Shown here: positions 26,802-32,000 of the stretch, piece after piece
Position numbering within the stretch: position 1 is the stretch's first letter
Layout of the letters: each line of letters starts with the position of its first letter
Assembly: GCF_002075285.3 (NCBI RefSeq)
Contig: NZ_CP021983.2
Location: 5,400,001 to 5,432,000 of the forward strand
Direction of reading: 5' to 3'
Length of the DNA: 32,000 bases
Origin: Halomicronema hongdechloris C2206
GTDB taxonomy: Bacteria > Cyanobacteriota > Cyanobacteriia > Phormidesmidales > Phormidesmidaceae
Position numbers and translations under genes: made by a program
The notes under the pieces: generated by a model
Seen by the model: the letters and a program-made list of their open reading frames with translations, nothing else
What the model was told of the DNA's origin: nothing
The model's database searches: none

Positions 26802-27512
26802 TCAATAGGGATCGAAGATGATGTTATCGGCGTAGCGTTTAGCTGTCTCATAGTCGGCTAGACTGCGCACGGTCCAGGCAATCAGGGGCCGTCGGCCCAG
26901 ACGACGGGCTAGGGTAGTGGGTAAGCTGGGTAAGGCCTTCAGGTCGTAGGCAATGAAATCGGGGGCACTGGCCCAGTTCATCAATAGGTTACTCAGCAGC
27001 ACCTTTTGGATCCAAGGCAGGTCTTCTCCTGCGAAGTTACCGGCCAGTTGGCCCCGCAACAGCTGGGGCGCCTGTGTCTTGAACCAGGCCAGGGAATAGG
27101 GATTGAAGGCTTGAATGGCAACGTCGCCAGCATAGTTGGACACCTGCTTCAGCAGAGCCGTTTCTAGCGGACCCACCTTGCCCTTGTTTTTAGTCTCAAT
27201 CAACACGGGCACCTGGCCTCGGATCAGAGCCAGGGCGTCCTGCAGGGAGGGAATCGTCTCGTCAGTGTCTAACAGCTTGAACTGCTTTATAGTCGCTAGC
27301 GTCTGATCTGCAATTAACCCTTGGCGCCCCGTGAGCCGCTCTAGAGTCTCGTCGTGAAAGACCGCCAGTTCGCCATCGGCCAGGGGTTGAATATCCAGTT
27401 CAATGGGATAGTTGTGGGCGATGGCAGCCCGAAAAGCCGCCAGGGAATTTTCCGGGGCGGTCTCGCTGTGGAAGCCACGATGGGCAATGGGACGCTGTCG
27501 CAGCCAATCCAT
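26802..27512 (-). CDS. Glycerophosphodiester phosphodiesterase family protein
   Basis: 236 aa. IAHRGFH...ENSLAAFRAAIAHNYPIELDIQPLADGELAVFHDETLERLTG is the GDPD signature. Confidence 0.9.
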   Translation of the reverse strand: MDWLRQRPIAHRGFHSETAPENSLAAFRAAIAHNYPIELDIQPLADGELAVFHDETLERLTGRQGLIADQTLATIKQFKLLDTDETIPSLQDALALIRGQVPVLIETKNKGKVGPLETALLKQVSNYAGDVAIQAFNPYSLAWFKTQAPQLLRGQLAGNFAGEDLPWIQKVLLSNLLMNWASAPDFIAYDLKALPSLPTTLARRLGRRPLIAWTVRSLADYETAKRYADNIIFDPY

Positions 27513-27597
27513 AGAATCACCAGGATAAACGGGACATTGGCCATGGGGCGAGCGCCCTCCCCCACTGCGGCCTGAACGCCGCTATTGTAGCGCCCCT

Positions 27598-28881
27598 TCA
27601 GCACAGCCACCCATTCCGGGTCAGGGGTAGAGTCCATTCCGGGTCAGTTTGCGGACGCAGTAGCGCTTGGTAGATGCCCATGTCATTGTTTTCAAAGGCC
27701 AGGGCTGATCCGATCAGATAAATCCGCCAGAATAAGGTTTCGCGGTCCCCGACTAGATCAGTGGCCCGCTCTAACACCCGTTCCAAGTTGGCGGCCCAAT
27801 GGCGCAGGGTCTTAGCATAGTGAGGGCGCCAGCCATCTACATCTACCACTTCCCAGCCATTGTCTTCGGCGGCGGTCAACGTGGTAGACAGGCGGGTCAA
27901 TTCGCCGTTGGGAAAAATATAACGATTAATGAATCGTTCACCAATGCTACTGCCGTCCCATTCTCGAGTGGCGGTAATGCCGTGATTGAGAAACAGTCCC
28001 CCCGGTTTCAGACTGGCTCGGATGCGATCGAAGTAGATGGGATAGTTTTTTTTGCCCACATGCTCGATCATGCCGACGGAAACCGCTTTGTCGAAGGTGG
28101 GGGCCTGGGGCAAGTCGCGGTAGTCACGGAGCTCTATCTGCAGCCGCTCACCGAGGCCTTGGGCCTCAATCTGTTGGCGATTAAAGGCCAGTTGCTCATC
28201 GCTGAGGGTGATGCCATAACCTTGCACGCCATAGTGGGTCACGGCCCAGCGTAGTAGAGCTCCCCAGCCACAGCCCACGTCCAGTAAGGTTTCCCCGGGC
28301 TGTAGCCGTAGTTTGCGGCAGATCAGATCTAACTTGGCCATCTGGGCTTCATCTAAGCTCATCTCCGGGTGTTCGAAGTGGGCACAGGAATACACCAGGT
28401 GGGAATCTAGCCACAATCGATAGAAGGCATTGCCGACATCATAGTGGTGTTGAATCGCTTGCCGGTCTGTTTCGGAGGGGGGGGCTGATGACGGGGAAGT
28501 CTCTGGGGAGGAAGTCTCTGGCAGGGGGGGTAAGGTCAACGCTTCCAGCCAGGTTCGTAGTTGCCTAGCAGGCTGGAGCTGAAACCGCGACATCTGGCGA
28601 AATAGCAAGATTAGGGCTTCCAACTTTCCAGATATCTCAAAGAAGCCGTTGAGGTAGGCATCCGCTAGGACTAGGGGATCTCGTTTCAGCAAAATCGCTC
28701 GCAGGACGCCAGGGTGTCGAAATTGTAGGGTGAGGGAAGGAGCCGCGTCGGTTTTGGCCCCACTGACCTGCAGCTGATCGGTGTCCCAAAAGTTAATGCA
28801 ATACCTCAGTGGTAGATTGATGCTGGCGAAAATATCTTGAACGGCGTCTCGAATGCCGGTAGGTACAGTAGTCGATGTCAT
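27598..28881 (-). CDS. Cyclopropane-fatty-acyl-phospholipid synthase family SAM-dependent methyltransferase
   Basis: IQHHYDVGNAFYRLWLDSHLVYSCAHFE...LLDVGCGWGALLRWA (CMAS family). The start is likely ATG 28881 (GAGG upstream) rather than the track GTG 28902. There is a P/S-rich insert (LPETSSPETSPSSAPPSETD). Confidence 0.88.
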   Translation of the reverse strand: MTSTTVPTGIRDAVQDIFASINLPLRYCINFWDTDQLQVSGAKTDAAPSLTLQFRHPGVLRAILLKRDPLVLADAYLNGFFEISGKLEALILLFRQMSRFQLQPARQLRTWLEALTLPPLPETSSPETSPSSAPPSETDRQAIQHHYDVGNAFYRLWLDSHLVYSCAHFEHPEMSLDEAQMAKLDLICRKLRLQPGETLLDVGCGWGALLRWAVTHYGVQGYGITLSDEQLAFNRQQIEAQGLGERLQIELRDYRDLPQAPTFDKAVSVGMIEHVGKKNYPIYFDRIRASLKPGGLFLNHGITATREWDGSSIGERFINRYIFPNGELTRLSTTLTAAEDNGWEVVDVDGWRPHYAKTLRHWAANLERVLERATDLVGDRETLFWRIYLIGSALAFENNDMGIYQALLRPQTDPEWTLPLTRNGWLC

Positions 28882-29132
28882 GGTGCACCTCTGTGACAAC
28901 ACAGTTGTGATGACTTACCTAATGAATGATGGGGGTGACTCATTCACACGCGTAGAGTCTCTATGACACCAGAATAATTCTCCTGCTGGCCGGTGACATC
29001 CCGCCAACAGAAGAATGACGTGCGATCGCATCCTCTCTCAACCGATGTATCCTGCTGGGCTGGTTGCAGGGTCGCTGTCGCTGACTTGACCTGTGAACCC
29101 TGATATCGGTGGATTAAGAGACAAACTCAAAC

Positions 29133-30440
29133 CTAAGAGGCGAACGGTTCGATGGCGGCGGCTGGCCCCAACAAGGACAGATAGGGATGGTGGAAAAATT
29201 CCTGGGCCGCTGCCTGGGCCTCGTCGGCCGTGATGGTGCGAATGGCCGCTTGAAATTGCTGGTCGAATTCGATGCCCAACCCCAGCACTTCATACCAGCC
29301 CAGTAACTGAGCGATCTGGGCATTGGTCTGTTTGCCCAAGGCATATTGCCCCAACAGCTTGTTTTTGGCTGCTTGCAACTCCGACTCACCCAACCTGACC
29401 GTCCCGAGTCGCTCCACCTCTTGACACAGCCCCTCTATAGCCATGGCCGTATTGTCAGGGGCAGTGCCCATGTAGGCCACAAATTGAGATTGGCCCAGGC
29501 GGGTGGGATAAAAGGCCGAGACATCATAGGCCAGGCCTCGCTTTTCTCGCAGTTCCACGAATAGGCGGCTGGAGAGGCCATTGCCCAAATAGGTATTGAG
29601 GAGCTTCAGGGTGGGATAGGCCGGATGATTGACGGCAGGGGCCGCATATCCCACCATGATGATGGATTGTTGGGTATCTTGGGCAATCAGGCGGCGTTTG
29701 GCCTGCCTCGGCAGTGTCGGAAAGGCCAAGGGAGGCAGGGGCTGGCTAGGGGGTTGCCAGTCACCAAAGGCCTGCTCAACCAGAGCCACGGCCTTATCCG
29801 GGGGAATATTGCCCGCGATCGAGACCACCATATTGTCGGGTCGAAAGTAGGTGGCGTGGGCAGTTTTCAGGTTGGTGAGGTCTAAATTGGTAATGCTGGC
29901 TTCGGTGCCAATGCCAGGCAGTGCATAGGGATGCTCGCCATACATCGCCTGCCGCAGCTGATTAAAGGCGATGGTGAAGGGTTGTTCCTGCATGGCACGA
30001 ATGCTCTGCAGCGTCAGGCGCCGCTCTAGGTCGATTTCTGGCTCGGGAAACCCTGGTTGCCGTAGCAGTTGGGTAGCCAGGGCTAGCATATCGGCGAAGT
30101 CGGAAGAGACGGTCTTGAAGCTGAGGAGGCTGTAATCGGTGGAGGCATCGCTGCTGAGGCTAGCCCCGACCGATTCAACTTGCTCGGCGATATCGAAGGA
30201 AGAGAGGTTGATGGTGCCCTTGGTCAGTAAAGCCATTAGCAGGCTGAACAGGCCGGCATCAGCGGCTGACTCGCGACAGCTGCCTACCCGAACAAAAATG
30301 CGGGCGGAGACAATGTCGGCCACTGAATTCTCAATGGCCAGCACGACTAAGCCATTATCTAAGACGGTGCGACGGAGGGTAGGGGTGGGTACAACAGAGG
30401 AGGAAGTCACAGACCTGGCTTGATTAAGTAAGTATGACAA
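29133..30440 (-). CDS. M16 peptidase family protein, non-catalytic partner subunit
   Basis: 435 aa with an M16 fold pattern (VLDNGLVVLAIEN...). The HxxEH site is replaced by GLFSLLMALLTKGT. The start is uncertain (TTG 30440 or GTG 30410). Confidence 0.85.
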   Translation of the reverse strand: MSYLLNQARSVTSSSVVPTPTLRRTVLDNGLVVLAIENSVADIVSARIFVRVGSCRESAADAGLFSLLMALLTKGTINLSSFDIAEQVESVGASLSSDASTDYSLLSFKTVSSDFADMLALATQLLRQPGFPEPEIDLERRLTLQSIRAMQEQPFTIAFNQLRQAMYGEHPYALPGIGTEASITNLDLTNLKTAHATYFRPDNMVVSIAGNIPPDKAVALVEQAFGDWQPPSQPLPPLAFPTLPRQAKRRLIAQDTQQSIIMVGYAAPAVNHPAYPTLKLLNTYLGNGLSSRLFVELREKRGLAYDVSAFYPTRLGQSQFVAYMGTAPDNTAMAIEGLCQEVERLGTVRLGESELQAAKNKLLGQYALGKQTNAQIAQLLGWYEVLGLGIEFDQQFQAAIRTITADEAQAAAQEFFHHPYLSLLGPAAAIEPFAS

Positions 30441-30474
30441 AGGAGATCAACAAATATCAAAGCAGACCATGGCG

Positions 30475-31755
30475 TCAAGCGGGTAACAGCACGGTAGCCG
30501 CGTAGTTATACGTAGAGAGATAATGCCGGGCTAGGCGCTGCAAATCAGGCGCTTGCAGAGTCTGAATCGTCGGGATGTAGGCCATGCACTGCTCTGATTG
30601 GGCCACGGTGTTATAGTAGCCGTACAATCCCGCTAGTTGGCCAGGGGTTTCGGTGGAAAAGGCATAATCATTACAAATGAGTCGCTTGGCCCGTTGCAAC
30701 TCAGCCGCCGAAGGGGGATGGTCGGTTAGGGCGGCGATGCGATCGCAGACAATGGCTTCCACCCGGTCAAGATGCTTAGCCTCCAGCCAGGCTTGCACCG
30801 TGAATAGACTGCAGTCTTTTTGCAGCGAAAAACTGGCCCCAATATCTAGCACGAGCTGTCGTTCTTCTCGCAATTCCCGTACCAATCGGGAGGTACGGCC
30901 CTCGGCCAAGATTACAGCCAGCAAATCCAAACCAAAGGCATCGGCCAATTGCTCGACCCCTGGACCCATCCAGGCCAACAGCAGCCGGGCATGCTCTAGC
31001 CGCGGGAGCCGCAACACCTCCCGGCGAATCCCTTGAATGGCGGGTGCCACGACGGATTCAACAGGCGGACAATGAGTCGGGGTAGCAAAGGCCCGAAAGG
31101 CATGTTTGACCATTTCCAGGGTGGGAGCCAGGGACACACCACCGGTAATCACCACCGTCATATTGTCAGGCTGATAATGGGCCTGGTGAAAACAGCGCAT
31201 TTCCTCTGGGGAGCGCTGATTGAGGATATCGGCAGTCCCCAGCACCGGACGACCATAGGGATGGCCCTGATAGACCAGACTAGCCATGGCTTGAAACCCT
31301 AACCAATCAGGATCGTCTTGGGCTTGGCGAATTTCTTCTAAAACCACCTGACGCTCCCGCACAAACTCATCGGCGGGAATGGTGGCATGGAGTAGCAAAT
31401 CTGCCAGGCAAGGCAATGTATCAGGCAAGCCATCGGCAGCAATGGTAAGAAAGAAATGGGCATAGTCGTGGCTGGTGGCCGCATTAGTCATGCCTCCCCG
31501 GGTTTCGATGGCGGCATCAAAGGTACCGGGGGGCAACTGATCAGTGCCCTTGAAGATCATATGCTCGAGAAAATGGGCCATGCCAGACCAGGCAGTTGGC
31601 TCATTGGTGGCACCAGCCCGCACCCACACATCAGCCACCACCACCGGGGTCGCTGGGATTTCTTGATGAACGACCGTCAGACCATTATCGAGTCGAACAA
31701 CGTTAGCGGGAAAAACTGCAGTCTGCAAACACCTTGACCCTGTGATTACTAGCAA
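30475..31755 (-). CDS. M16 (pitrilysin/insulinase) family zinc peptidase, catalytic subunit
   Basis: 426 aa. RLDNGLTVVHQE...GMAHFLEHMIFKGT contains an intact HxxEH motif. The start is uncertain (TTG 31755 or TTG 31728; there is no in-frame ATG near the N-terminus). Confidence 0.85.
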   Translation of the reverse strand: MLVITGSRCLQTAVFPANVVRLDNGLTVVHQEIPATPVVVADVWVRAGATNEPTAWSGMAHFLEHMIFKGTDQLPPGTFDAAIETRGGMTNAATSHDYAHFFLTIAADGLPDTLPCLADLLLHATIPADEFVRERQVVLEEIRQAQDDPDWLGFQAMASLVYQGHPYGRPVLGTADILNQRSPEEMRCFHQAHYQPDNMTVVITGGVSLAPTLEMVKHAFRAFATPTHCPPVESVVAPAIQGIRREVLRLPRLEHARLLLAWMGPGVEQLADAFGLDLLAVILAEGRTSRLVRELREERQLVLDIGASFSLQKDCSLFTVQAWLEAKHLDRVEAIVCDRIAALTDHPPSAAELQRAKRLICNDYAFSTETPGQLAGLYGYYNTVAQSEQCMAYIPTIQTLQAPDLQRLARHYLSTYNYAATVLLPA

Positions 31756-32000
31756 TGGGGAATGTCAGCATCTTACCGAACTGTGACGACTAAGCATCGC
31801 CGCCCCAGCCTGAATTCTGCTGCCTTGACCACCAATCTTAAAGGGTTTTAGCAGGTCTGTGTAGGCCAGACTACATGATTTCATCCCGAAGCATACTGAC
31901 ATGGCGGTGATCCGACCAAAATTATCCTGTGGCAGAGACCATCTCCAGGCCTTGGAGACACCTGAGATCAAAAATCGTGGCTCAAAATCGCTGCACCACG

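Noticed and set aside
31765-31971. 68-aa minus-strand ORF at the right edge
   Set aside because: No recognisable similarity or RBS. It lies in the upstream region of the M16 operon, and the window ends before the context can be judged.
1-32000. Search for CRISPR arrays, tRNA/rRNA genes, IS elements, integrases or prophage blocks
   Set aside because: I saw no regularly spaced 25-40-bp repeats, no cloverleaf-like segments in the intergenic gaps, and no transposase, integrase or capsid-like ORFs. The only repeats are the 72-bp intragenic duplication, the heptamer run and the HIP1 octamers.

Overview
This is a cyanobacterial chromosomal segment of roughly mid-50s %GC. I counted at least 13 perfect HIP1 octamers (GCGATCGC) by eye, and the gene content fits: Rubisco activase-like protein with an RbcS-like tail, PAM68, Ycf23/DUF561, Uma2 nuclease and a HetZ-like regulator. 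Most of the window is ordinary core or housekeeping sequence: coaD, a DivIVA/Cdv3-like gene, ruvA, rpsO, pam68, galE, an M16 peptidase pair, M1 aminopeptidase, a THUMP methyltransferase, an MscS-cNMP channel, a HAD hydrolase, GDPD and a CFA-synthase-like methyltransferase. I found no CRISPR array, tRNA/rRNA, transposase, integrase or complete recognisable defence system. The left ~6.5 kb looks accessory. It holds a decaying VapC/antitoxin pair, an orphan C-terminal stub of a large DNA methyltransferase/RM enzyme, an oxidoreductase stub, a 726-aa secreted protein of unknown family with a C-terminal HExxH, a small secreted tandem-repeat protein and a Uma2 gene. An intact BrnT/BrnA module sits at 16.9-17.4 kb. 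The two loci I consider most worth follow-up are both inference-level candidates, not demonstrated systems. The first is the same-strand pair at 21.5-24.1 kb: a HetZ-like double-HTH regulator followed by a PilB/GspE paralogue that keeps the N1 and N2 domains but has no ATPase, next to a ~740-bp intergenic region. The second is the secreted HExxH protein with the adjacent repeat peptide at 2.8-5.6 kb.
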